From the NCBI GenBank assembly GCA_977030845.1, contig OZ365112.1:9176001-9240000 (forward strand): a stretch of DNA of 64,000 bases. Direction: 5' to 3'. Below are positions 1 through 11,444 of the stretch, piece by piece; positions within the stretch are counted from its first letter, which is position 1, and each line of letters opens with the position of its first letter. The position numbers were made by a program, and so were the translations under genes. The notes beneath the pieces were generated by a model. It was not told the origin of the DNA, did no database searches, and saw only the letters and a program-made list of their open reading frames with translations. This DNA is from Fimbriosthenelais zetlandica (taxonomy: Eukaryota).

Positions 1-2
1 GC

Positions 3-144
3 CCCCGTGATGCTAGCTCCGCCCATGCCCATATACACAGTGAAGGGGAGGAGGAGGATGGCCACGCCCACCATGATCACGAGGATGGACATAACCACAC
101 CCACCCTCAATCAGAGTACCATGTCTCACAGGTCACTGGCGAAG
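3..144 (+). CDS. SLC39A10: ZIP paralog 1 His-rich ectodomain exon (partial)
   Basis: Frame 3 reads [36 protein letters not shown]..., donor G|GTAGGC at 145. Equivalent to exon 50805-50919 of paralog 2. Confidence 0.85.
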
Positions 145-3100
145 GTAGGCTCATGAATATGCATCATCTATTTTGCATACTGCTTAATTTGCATATTGTT
201 GAAAACATTCTCTTAAATCATTGATGCTCTCATTCAATCTAGAATGTTAGATTTTAATTGTTTGTATCGTAGGATAAATCAGAGAGTAATGACCTATTAT
301 TGGTACAAAACAATGAATGAATGAATGAATGAATGAATGAATGAATGAATGAATGAATGAATGATTGAACGGCGATTTAACACCATGCCAGCTACTGTGG
401 CTGTATTCAAGGCGAGAACTCAGTTGGTACAAAACAAATATTTAGTGAATATTTAAGACTAAAAATGTCATCATCATAAATATGGAGGTTGTCCCCAATG
501 ACAGTTTTCCATTATATAAAACAGATCATGAAATTGTGACTTATAATAAATTTTCAGTATTCAGATATAGTCCTCCTTAATCAGAGGTGTTCAGTAGTTT
601 CACTGTTTTATTTGCTTTTACATTTTAATTATGACAGATTTTGCATTGCACTTTCAATAATATATTAAAGGAAATCACAGTACACGCCTAGTCTTTATGT
701 TTTAAGTATTGAATGATTGTATTTTCAGTATGGGGTTACGCCTTGCTGTCAGTGGTTGTGATCAGTATGGCAGGTCTTCTCGGTGTAGCTGTTGTACCCA
801 TCATGCAGAAGGTCTTCTATAATCATCTTCTACAGTTCCTGGTAGCTCTGGCTATAGGCACACTCACCGGGGACGCTCTGCTCCACCTTATACCTCATGT
901 AAGTGTTTATCACATTTGTGAAATGTGTCTAAACTCGGAAAAATGGATTTTGATTTAGTTGCAGATTCTTATAGAGCAGATCACGAGCGTTCCAATTCGG
1001 AAAATGATTGAAGGGTTGGTGGTTCAATCCGCCGAACTGTCCAAGGCTATTTTACTGCCTCCCTCCTCAGTGTTTTGTGTATTAAATAATTATATTCTAC
1101 AAATACATGCACCCAGAAATATCCATTGCAAAGAACCCTGAAACAAATGTAGAAATGCATGTAAATAAGAGCCCCCAGCTGAAAATCATACATCAACTTG
1201 AAGAAGTTGTCTTGAGTTAGTTTTCACCCATAACATGCCTGTATTAAAATTTTAACAAAAAAACAACAAGTAAAGTTCAAAATTAAAATTATTCTAATTT
1301 TTTTCAGGCATTAAGTGCGGCTCACTCTCACGGGCCGAGTGAGACTGAGGTGCCGGTTGAGGACGGAGAGGACCAGCATCTGATGGCCACCTGGCGGAGT
1401 CTAGTCGTACTAGGTGGCGTGTATTTATTCTTTATAACCGAGCGCCTCATGGAAATCATCACGACAAAACGACGACAAACCGAGAAAAATAGAGTGAGGA
1501 CCACTTACCAGCCTGATAAAAAAAACGTAAGTTTAATTTACCTCCCCAGCTATTTAATTATTGTCAAAGTAAAGATTATCGTATTTACCGGAGTGTAAAC
1601 CGCACCTGAGTATAAACCGCACCGCCTGACCGCTCAAGTTAAAATATATATAAACGCCGCTTTTATAGAAATCCATATAAAAGTCACTTCGTTGTATTAA
1701 CCGCAGGCCGCGATTTTTTTAGAAAAAAAAAGTCGCGGCTTATACTTCGGCAAATACGTTAAGAATGAAATATTGCCAACCAGTGCTTGTAGGTGAGAAA
1801 AGCGATCGCTCCCACACATCTTTGCATACATAAATACTGATGTGGGCGGGTGGATAGGCGTAGGCAAAAAGGGGTTTTGAAGTGTATTACTTTGATCTAG
1901 ACGAGCTGTTTCACTGGAAATACGATTTTGATTGTTTTGGAAGAGTCCCACTGTTTTTTCCTTGTTGTATTTGAATTAATTAATTAATCAGAGTATGAAT
2001 CAATCAGATAATGAATTAAATAATGAGTTGTAAGTGCGTAATATTTAGGATTAATTGATATTCCTTTCACAACAGAGCAAACAGTGACCAGTTTTAGTGC
2101 CATTATTTATGCGTAACAGTTGGCAGAATGTTTAAAATGTTATAATGCATAATTCAAGACACGAAATGTGTAACACCTGTTTAAATTCAAACAATACAGC
2201 ATCGATTTGAAATCTTTCATTTTCCTCACCTACATTCTAGCTGTTTTATATGTGTTGAATGTGTGGGTGGTTGTAGGTTGGGAGAATTTAGCACCTCAAT
2301 TCATCCTCACTGGCATCCAGCCAATAAATTCTCTCTACAAAGGTCGGTTTGACATGTAGTACAAAGGGAGATTCATGTAAACAGGTCTGACCAATTCTGT
2401 CACTCTCAACACAACAAGTTTTCCACATTTCTTCAGATTTATTTTTTTTCTCTTTTGTTACTGACTTCGTTATTCATTCAGAAAGCGAAGGCTGGCTTGA
2501 TTTCTTGCCAAACAAGTGATATATTGGGTGTCTACTCATGCATTATGGATGCAGTACATCAGAGAAGGGGCAAAAATCTCAATAAATGACCGTAATCAAT
2601 CTGTAGAGAAGTGGGAGAAGAAAGGCGAGGAAGAAAGCAGGAGAAAAAGGGAAACGAGGAAAGAATATAACAGAGAAGATTGTTTTGGTGATACAAATAG
2701 AAACACAATGAATGGGTGGATATTTGAATTAATGGATGGTTGGATGGATGAATGAATGGAGGAAGGAATGGATGGAGGGATGGATGAATGGATTGAGGGA
2801 TGAATGATTGGATGAATGAATGAAAGTCTTAAAGGAAGGCTTGAAGTAGTGCATGGCTAGTTGGAAGGATGCATGAGGTGCATAAATTTAGTAATGTGGA
2901 AATGATAGGACCTATGGGTATAAAATATATGAATAAAATATATGAACTCTTCACATTAAAAAAGTCGGTGATAGAGCCGCTTTAAGAGGGCTACTGGCGG
3001 CACAATTGCGGAATGAAACAAAATTGAAAAAAAACCAACACTAAATTTCTACCCGTAAACATGAAGCATAGCAATGATTCATTGTGTTGGTAATGCCCTC

Positions 3101-6100
3101 TCCCCCCACCTAGCGGTCACTCTGTCACCTACTGACCGCTTCCCATGTCAATATTGATGGATGAGATGTCCATAACACGAGGTTAAACATGTTAGTTTAA
3201 CATGTTAAGCTCATTTACTCTCACACTGCCAAACTCACCTCTCACAGTGTTTGACTTTAGGCTGTTATACTTCACCACAAACCCGGAAATGTTATACTTT
3301 GTGACGTACTGTTTAGAAGATTAGATCACTAAGAAAATGTGACTATTAAAATTGACATTCTGAGTAGTAACATTGTTTTAAGCTGATATTTGTTGTTTTA
3401 TATGTGAGGGACAAGGCACCAAAGAGTCCAAACTTAATATTTGTTATTTTAATAATATTTTACCAATGTATTTTATGTTGTAATTTCAATTCTAGAGACC
3501 AATTTTATGGAGAATTTGACATGAATAGTCCTACAGAGAAGTAACAACCTCCTCCTTAAAGCGTCTGTGTCACTACGGACCAATAAATGGTCAGGAAAAA
3601 TGTATTTGACACTAGAAAACTTACTCACGACAATTTACATTATTGAGAATCCACTGTACATGTATATTATGTGTATATTATCTGATATGATCTCTAAGCA
3701 GATTATATTAATTATATATTTTTATTCATTTATTTTTATATTTATTTATTTTTGATTACAGAACGGTATGGGGTCGCCTATAAAGTTGTACAGGACTGTA
3801 GAGGAGCATGAGAGTGAGGTGGGAGCTAAGTTATCTAAACACTCTGACGCTGTCACTTCATGTGAGGAAATAGTCATGGTGGTGCACCCTGGAAAAGGTA
3901 GGAGAAATAAAGCATTAAATAATTAGATTTAAAGTGATGTTTATTAAATAAATGATGGAGATTTGTTCGTGTCACTAAACCATACATAAAATACTGGCTT
4001 TTTCCGAAGTAAAACATGCAATAGGTCCCAATTACTCTATTCTGAACACCCTTATTTTATTTTTTTTTAATTCAGACACTTTCCTTAAACCGGAATATTT
4101 CTGGAGCCAATTCTCGAATTACAATACAAAATAATGAGCCACAAATAAATAATAAAAAATGACCAAAACTTTCAGGATATTCTGAGTCGTCCTAATCTGC
4201 GTATTTCTTTAATACCTTTGAGTTTGAAGATTTTTATTGCACATAATTATTGCACTTATTACCTTTGTATAAATAATTCATAATAATCCATTAATTTTGT
4301 AAATAATTGCATTTTTTTCATATTATAGAGATGAGGAACATGGCTGAGGACATGCATGAGGAGTTACATCGTGACTGTGAACCTGAGGAGAGAGAGCAGC
4401 TGAATCACAGTCACACAGTCCACAGTCACGGTCACAGTCACGGACCCCTACCTCAGAGCATCTCAGCCGTAGCCTGGATGGTCATCATGGGAGACGGTAT
4501 ACATAATTTCAGCGACGGTCTCGCTATAGGTCAGTATTCATTCATTCATTCATTCATTCATTCATCTATTAATACCCATCATCTATCCCATCTATCTTTG
4601 GATCTTATAGGTCAGTAGCTATGTTTCATTCATTAATCCATTCATTCATTCATTCATTCATTCATTTACAATCAATTCTGTAACAAAATGCCATAGATGG
4701 TAACTTTAATGAAGTATGACCAGTAGCAAATATGCACGATATGTTATTATTGTTATAACAAGACTTCAATTAATAATAAATAGATCGTTTTCCGAAACAA
4801 AGAAGAATATAGGTCTACGTCATAACCTGCGTCATTGCACTCGATGTTTTAATAATATTGTATGAAAAGTATTTCTAAACATTTTGTTAAGAAGCCCAGT
4901 TGTTCTTCCACATAATCCTATAATGCTACAATTATTTACCCATACATCCCTTCATCCCTCCATGNNNNNNNNNNNNNNNNNNNNNNNNNNNNNNNNNNNN
5001 NNNNNNNNNNNNNNNNNNNNNNNNNNNNNNNNNNNNNNNNNNNNNNNNNNNNNNNNNNNNNNNNNNNNNNNNNNNNNNNNNNNNNNNNNNNNNNNNNNNN
5101 NNNNNNNNNNNNNNNNNNNNNNNNNNNNNNNNNNNNNNNNNNNNNNTTAATGTATACTTGTGTTACCAGGTGCCGCCTTTGCTAACAGTCTGCCGGGTGG
5201 ACTGAGCACCACAGTGGCCGTCTTCTGTCATGAGTTACCTCACGAGATTGGTAAGTAACACATATACCCCCGTTGTACAAGTACCGTATTTGGCGGTGTA
5301 TAAACCGCACCCCCTCGTCGCTCGCCAACCCTCGTCATTGACGAGGTTGCTTTTACAACACTCTGGTGACTGTATAGTTTACAAATGTCCCATTACAATA
5401 TTTGGAGGGAAATCGTCTCTACTCCCCCAAACATATCGGAGAAAATTCGTCAAATCTCGACATAAGAATTAGATAAGAAGGTCCCTTCGTCCCTTGCACC
5501 ATTATATATGATACTATTTATACCTATATTTTATTTTGTAGGTGATTTCGCAGTTTTACCTCCTATAATTTATTTTTTTGGGGGGTGGTGGGGGGGGGGG
5601 GGCTGGGGGTAGATTTCCTTCTCATAAAATTGTTATTCATATGCTATTTTTTAGGTGATTCGTCGGTGTTGCCTTCTTGTATTATATATTTATTTATTAT
5701 TGTAGGTGATTTCGCGGTGTTACTGCGGGCCGGGATGACGGTGAAGCAGGCTATGATGTATAACTGCGTGTCGTCCATACTCTGCCTGTTTGGTATGATT
5801 GTCGGTGTCTGTGTGGGGAACATAGGATCAGTCAGTCTCTGGATCTTCGCCTTGGCCGGAGGCATGTTCATCTATATCGCCCTCGTCGATATGGTGAGTA
5901 GAAAATAAATCAACTACACATAAATTCAAGATAAAAGGCTTAAAACACTCAGAATGTCCACAAAGAAAGCCATAGCTAAGGGAAAAATTGGGGAAAATGC
6001 TTTTTCAAGATCAGTGAGAAATCTTTTGGGAGAATTTTGTGAATGGTCATTGAAAAGGAAATTCTTGGAAAATGTCAGAAACTTTGGGCAACCCCGCTTT

Positions 6101-6484
6101 GTGGCAACCCTGTAAAATAACTATGATACAACTCTGGGCATATCAAAGTGGTATAGATAAAAATAAAATAGGAGGAATTAAAAACTTTAATCTTTGTATT
6201 TTATTCTCTATTGAATTATGAACGGTGAGGGCCAAATATGGCAAACTATACTATTTTTTCATACCGTTTTTTGTTGTTGCTGTCATTAATTTTGATTGTA
6301 ATGAATCTTTTTTTCTTTTCCCTCACAGTTGCCAGAGCTGAAGGCCATCAACCCTCGTAAGGGAGAGAACCCGTTTGTTCATTTTGGTTTACAGAATCTT
6401 GGTATGCTCACAGGAGTGGCTATAATGTTACTGATAGCCCTATACGTGGACAAACTAAAGATATCCTTAAGTGACGAACCATAA
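3..6484 (+). CDS. SLC39A10: LIV-1 subfamily ZIP zinc transporter, paralog 1 (ZIP6/ZIP10/foi-like), 5'-incomplete; exons 3-144, 729-898, 1308-1526, 3762-3897, 4329-4529, 5170-5250, 5706-5893, 6329-6484
   Basis: Spliced GT-AG exons with consistent phases (1,0,0,1,1,1,0) give a His-rich segment, VWGYALL..LLHLIPH (TM1-2), [14 protein letters not shown] (TM4), HELPHEIGD (TM5 HEXPHEXGD signature) and [11 protein letters not shown], ending at TAA 6482-6484. Orthology to SLC39A10 rather than SLC39A6 is not resolvable by eye. Confidence 0.93.
314..423 (-). mobile_element. 5'-truncated SINE/LINE 3' end with (TTCA)n tail and 14-bp target-site duplication
   Basis: TTGGTACAAAACAA at 300-313 and 424-437 flanks (TGAA)n plus a unique segment; minus strand reads ...ggtgttaaatcgccgttcaa-(tcat)n. 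Confidence 0.8.
729..898 (+). CDS. SLC39A10: ZIP paralog 1 exon TM1-TM2
   Basis: ttttcag acceptor, gtaagt donor; 170 nt, identical length to 51779-51948. Confidence 0.95.
1308..1526 (+). CDS. SLC39A10: ZIP paralog 1 exon TM3
   Basis: ttttcag acceptor; [10 protein letters not shown]...[14 protein letters not shown]; donor gtaagt at 1527. An alternative in-frame donor gtgagg lies near 1494. Confidence 0.88.
1577..1761. mobile_element. Tc1/mariner-type MITE (TA-C(C)GTATTT termini)
   Basis: Left tatcgtatttaccggagtgtaaaccgc; reverse complement of right end taacgtatttgccgaagtataagccgc. A solo left end of the same family starts at about 5282. Confidence 0.7.
2705..2825. repeat. (GGAT/GAAT)n degenerate tetranucleotide microsatellite
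   Basis: Direct reading: atggatggttggatggatgaatgaatgg... Confidence 0.85.
3762..3897 (+). CDS. SLC39A10: ZIP paralog 1 cytoplasmic loop exon
   Basis: ttacag acceptor; [26 protein letters not shown]...HPGK; donor gtagga; phases fit both neighbours; GxKLS motif also present in paralog 2. Confidence 0.8.
4329..4529 (+). CDS. SLC39A10: ZIP paralog 1 exon, His-rich loop and TM4
   Basis: [13 protein letters not shown]...[19 protein letters not shown]; donor gtcagt. Confidence 0.95.
4536..4667. repeat. Two (TTCA)n tracts
   Basis: ttcattcattca at 4536-4564 and about 4626-4667; both follow a tataggtcagta motif (the real donor at 4530 and a near copy at about 4610). Confidence 0.8.
4965..5146. other. 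Assembly gap (N run); others at 22441-22617, 23264-23469 and 32789-32926
   Basis: Runs of N in the sequence. Confidence 1.
5170..5250 (+). CDS. SLC39A10: ZIP paralog 1 exon TM5 (HELPHE)
   Basis: ccag acceptor, gtaagt donor; 81 nt as in paralog 2. Confidence 0.95.
5706..5893 (+). CDS. SLC39A10: ZIP paralog 1 exon TM6-TM7
   Basis: [16 protein letters not shown]...IYIALVDM; donor gtgagt; 188 nt as in paralog 2. Confidence 0.95.
6329..6484 (+). CDS. SLC39A10: ZIP paralog 1 last coding exon (TM8)
   Basis: Long pyrimidine tract plus cacag; LPELKAINP...[30 protein letters not shown]. Confidence 0.92.
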   Translation: MPELKAINPRKGENPFVHFGLQNLGMLTGVAIMLLIALYVDKLKISLSDEP

Positions 6485-7081
6485 AAAACTACACATTCCC
6501 AAAACCAGTGCTTACAGCAGCATCAAAACGGTACTAGAAATACCCAGAAATATGACAGTTGTCACCAAAAACTGATTTGCCTCGGCTTAGCTTTCTATTT
6601 ATTGCATTTGGGCATTGAAAGTTAAGTATTATTATTTGTTATTTTCTGAAAACACTTGCATTTTTTGTTGTTTTTTTTTCGCCGGAGTTATTATTAGTTC
6701 AAGTCTACAAGAAAAGTGCTTAAGCCGTGCTTATATCTGCATGATATATTTTCGGGGTTACTTGTGTTGTTTTTTTTGTCGAGAGCTTGAATTGAACGAA
6801 TTCTTGAAAATCATTACCAATGCCCCAAATGGACACTCAGTACTATTCCTTAAATCTACATTCAACAGACGGTACTTTTAAATGGAGGGAAACAATGTAC
6901 ATAATCTATTGTAGCTCTGTATTTTTGATAAATATTTTTAAAGAATTTTGGTAAATTTTTTAGATGGTCCAGTTATTGTCATTGTCCTGATGTCAAATCT
7001 TTGTGTCTTAAACTCCATGTATTAACTAAGCTCTGATGCTGGTCTTCCAAACTTAACTGATAATAATTTTTTCAAATTTAG

Positions 7082-7436
7082 TTAAAGGGGTACAAGCTTT
7101 CGGGTCTGATTTTAGGTGGGTTTTCCTAAAATTAGTTATCAATTTTCCAAAGTTTTTCCAGGATATATGGAAGGTGATGAACATTTTTTTTTTTTTTAAA
7201 TGTCTCACCTAGTTTCCGGTTTTTCAAAGATCTTTTTTCTAAGACTATCCTATCCCACCTTGAATTAAGATATTGCTAAGGTGCCGGAAATTACCTTTGG
7301 AAACTTTAATGATTTTTAGAAGCCTGTCTTGCATTTTGCTTTATTATGGATTTTTGGAGTGACTAAAAACATGCCAAAATAAGTGCCAGTGGGTGAGGTG
7401 GGTAGGGGTAGGCAGGTGGAGGTCGTACCCATATAA
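7082..7436. mobile_element. Possible Kolobok-like non-autonomous element
   Basis: Left TTAA-AGGGGTAC; degenerate right end GTACCCATATAA (2 mismatches to GTACCCCTTTAA). Confidence 0.3.
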
Positions 7437-9021
7437 TCTTTGTTGTGCTTTATTGTTCGTCTTTAACATTAAACCGCCTAGTATTTTCCCCTTTGAGGGA
7501 TTTAGTTTTCAGCTAATTTTCTATAAAATTGCTGATAATTTTAAGCATAATAATTATGCCTAAACTAGTGATAAAAAGGGTTTTATGATATGATATTAAT
7601 AGCAATATTTTTTGTGCCTTAGTTAGGTCTTTAACTTCCAATTTATTTATGAAAATGTTTCTCTGAAATGATACTGACTCAGATTTTGTCAACCACTCAG
7701 TCTCCAACTCGTTTGAAATACTATTTTTCACAAAGTCCAGAAAAATGCACGATTAATTCATGCATATTTTCAATGGCAATGCACAGAATCAAACCAGATT
7801 GTTCCTGCTGTGTACTTATATTCCTTTGTTACATTTTTGCTAAAGTATTGTCAACAAGTGTTCGCCAGAACTTGAAAGGCTTCTTCACTGAGAGTGAGTG
7901 TGATACAATGCTTTTAATACGGTACTCCACACAAAGTTGCTCATATTTCTACTGATTAGTTAGTATTTGGTGTCCCTACACATTGTGATAGCTAGAGCAA
8001 TACAGTAAAGCCTCGCTATTTTGGACACTTTGAGACTAAGAACTAGTGTTCACTATAACTATGAAGGACGTATTCCCTAATCAGAGATGCGAAACACAAC
8101 ATCTTGGGACTGAGGAAGTGTAGATGTTGCATAATCCTATAATATACAAAACCTCAAGGATTTGAGTGCACTATATGCATGTGTTCCCTAATGAGAGGAA
8201 ATCGTATTTGGCACCTCAACAACATGAGAAAGTGTTCACAATTCAGAGGTGTTCCTTAAATAGAAATGTTCACTAAGGGATGTTTACAGAAGACGTTTAC
8301 TTAACATTTCTTTGTCTCTATTTTATATCAAAGATTGAATCTCTTCAATACATATCTATTGCTAACGTTATTTTTTTCTGGGGAAACTTTTCTATTTTTA
8401 TTCTGGAATCTATTCAGTACTTTTACGATCATAAAGTCCACTAAAGTGGCATTCAACTGTTATGTTCTCGAAGAAAGATCTGTTTTACCTATTTTTTTGG
8501 TTGATTTTTTTTTGTTCTAATCAAAATCGAGGATTTGATACTCAGTTATAGGATAGACTTTGATACGATACTCAGTTATGGGATCCATGTTGCCAGTAAA
8601 ATTGTCCTAATATGAATTGTCTCATTTGGTGCCTTCATATCCAAATCTTCTGAATATTGATAGATGAACTATGTGCATATTATTTATTTGTTATTGGTCT
8701 CTACATTGGATGGAATTTATTTTCCATTGATATTGTTTGATCGGTGGGTATTAGGTGTAAATTTTATGTCACGGGCGTTACATATTATTTAATTTATTTA
8801 ACGATGCTCTCTAATGTTGTCATGCATGTGTGATTTAAAGTACATTCTATTTCACTCAGAGATGTATGGTGTCTTTTGAAGAAAAGATTCGCTACAGCAA
8901 TAAGAGAAGTTTTCTTGCATAATAATGTATAAGAAAATGATTGCATTTGCAATAAATTTACTGTCTCGTACCTACTATTTTTGCTCGTTCATTATTAAAA
9001 ATAGTGGCATACTATGATTAA

Positions 9022-9232
9022 AGCCAGGAATACACTAATCCGATTCTCTATCCGGAGCCATCCGATACCAATCCGAAACTATATTTCTATTCACTCCAAA
9101 TGCTTGTAATTTTTAACATCCTTTATACCTAGATAGGGCTAACCACTGACAAAATTTCAATATCTAGATGTCATTAGAAATAGGGTATCGGATGGCGACG
9201 GATTGGAGAATCGGATTAGTGTATTCCCGGCT
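9022..9232 (+). mobile_element. PIF/Harbinger-type MITE, family A
   Basis: TIR agccaggaatacactaatccgattctc / gagaatcggattagtgtattcccggct; 3-bp TSD TAA (9019-9021, 9233-9235). Confidence 0.85.
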
Positions 9233-9236
9233 TAAT

Positions 9237-9582
9237 CACTGGCGGATTTAGGGGGGGGGCAAAGGGGGCAATTGCCCCCCCCCCCCTAGGGCCCCCAAAA
9301 ACCCTAACCCTAACCCTAACCCTATTTTGCGGTTATCTAAGCTAAAATCAGCTAAAATAACCACGATAATATTAAAATTTATGAAAAATAATCGTAGAAA
9401 GGGGTGGAATAAATTCAAAACCCACCGGAAAGTCGGACTTGTGGCCTGGATTATCCCTCGGGTCGACTGCTACTGAATTTACCTCGCTTTCGCTCGGTAA
9501 ATTCCCCCTAACCCTAACCCTAACCCTAACCCTAACCCTAACCCTTTGCCCCCCCTAGAAATAACTTCTAGATCCGCCCCTG
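9237..9582. mobile_element. TIR element with internal (TAACCC)n telomeric tracts
   Basis: Left cactggcggatttaggggg..gcaaaggg; right reverse complement caggggcggatc..ctagggggggcaaaggg; TTAAT on both flanks; telomeric repeats at 9301-9324 and 9506-9545. Confidence 0.7.
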
Positions 9583-10030
9583 TTAATGAAAATATGTCGC
9601 CTCCTTCTCCTAAAAGCTTCTGCGGACAGTCACCTCTACACAGTATCAAATTGATTATATTTGATTACAGATTCATAAAAATATATATCGTAGGTAGCAA
9701 TTGTATTTAAAATATTCAAGCTACATGTACCCCCATCACTGTTCGCCCTTCCCTATTTAGTCTATGCCAGTTCAACACGAACGCTGTTCCTTAGCAACAA
9801 CCCACATCAACATTAGATTGTTTACCCTGTACCCTCCTTAATTCAGAGGGCACATTTTTGTTCTTGGTTCCCAGTGAATTCCTGAGGTGTAATACTTATG
9901 TAATCACATTGATTCAACTTTGCCTTTGGTATGGAGAAGTGGACCAACTTCGAGTTTCTTTAATTCACCTGTTTGAGTGACCAATTCCATGGCCTTGATG
10001 GACAATCTTGCCATTGTATAACCTAGACTA

Positions 10031-10210
10031 AAGTCGCCATCCGATATCCTATTTCTAATGACATCTAAAGATTAATTTTTTTTCAATGGATAGCCCTACC
10101 TAGGCGTAAAGGACTTTTCAAATTACAAGCATTTGTTGTGAATAGAAATACAGTTTCGGACAGCTATCGGATGGCTCCGGATAGAGAATCGTATTAGTGT
10201 ATTCCTGGCT
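10031..10210 (-). mobile_element. Family A MITE, opposite orientation, one TIR truncated
   Basis: Reverse complement of the interior of 9022-9232; ends gagaatcgtattagtgtattcctggct. Confidence 0.8.
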
Positions 10211-11444
10211 TAAGTCTATCAAATTTGCGGTGCATCGACAGCGCCTCGCTATTGAGATAAAATATTTATCTCATGGTAGCGTGATTCAGGACCTGATCAT
10301 ATTTAATTTAGCCCTAGCCTATTTTACGCCTGTTGATCTTGAAGCTAATTCCTATTCTACTTGTATTACGAAGTAGGCCCATGTCATATAGATATTTAAA
10401 AAATACAAAAAGGGACAATAACGCATCTGAATGTCACCATACAAAGATTGTTTAGAAAGTTTCTAGTCACTTTGTCTTTATTTATTATTGTGTATTTTTG
10501 GTGTAGATTATGTTTTTTGGAAAGGCTGACTATTTTTGTCCTAAACCTGGAAGCAAAGACCAAGTACATCGTAGTTGCATTTACATGTGTACCCCCGGAA
10601 TAAGAAATGTTTTATTTATCATGGGTAATATTTAATCACATTTGATAATGGGTTTTTTTTCTACAGGTGTCGTCACAAACTTGCGGATGACGATACCCAG
10701 ATACCCCGATCAGCAAACCATGGTTTAGATCTGATTTACAAAACTATAGTCCGCAACACCAAATTGGGTACTGGAATAATCATAATTCCCGGTGTGTTTT
10801 TAAGTGTTTCCTCATAAGATATTAAATACACTACTAAGATTACTTTTAAGAGTAAGGGATCAAAATGATCACAGGACTGTGGGCCATTTATGTGCATCAT
10901 CAGCATTTCCCCCTAATATCAGGAACTTGAGGATTGTGGGAATACACAATAAAAAGTCCCGAAATTTCATTTTTTTTACCCAAGACTTTTCACTAATTAA
11001 ATGACCACCTCGTTCCGAAGATTTAAAGAAAATTAATATGAATAATTATAAGACATAAAACAATAATTATGATTCAACCATGAATCAGAAGTGTAGTATC
11101 GGGATCTTCAATGTTTCACCGAAGAGAGGAAAGCCGTCGGCACAATTTCCGTTTTTCTTCATTCTTCACTATATCTAACAGCATTTAAGTCATAGTGCGT
11201 AAATGATTGACATTTGCCCCAAGTAGCTTACATCCCCCATTTTCAGTTTATACGAACTAACAACATTTTATAATAGTTCGACCCTATTTGGTGTCTCCAT
11301 CTATACGCCCCATAATTGCAAGCTGGAGCTGGACTACAGTCCGGAATCAGTAGGTCGAAAGATCAGTCTAGGTTTATCCACTTTTGAGATTGTGCGTGGC
11401 GCAAAACTAATTATTGTCATTTTTGTCCCAATATACTTGAACAT

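Noticed and set aside
247-432. ORF-track peptides with HSFI/IHSF repeats (also 4530-4618, 2516-2755)
   Set aside because: Translations of TGAA/TTCA/GGAT microsatellites.
3495-3540. Possible extra micro-exon [14 protein letters not shown] in ZIP-1 intron
   Set aside because: The available AG/GT sites give phases incompatible with the flanking exons, and the gene assembles in frame without it.
4836-4842. MRE core TGCACTC in a ZIP-1 intron (another near 8164)
   Set aside because: A 7-mer expected by chance every few kb, with no clustering.
9301-9545. True chromosome end or fusion site
   Set aside because: The tracts are only 4-7 units long, on the same strand and enclosed by TIRs, not head-to-head arrays.
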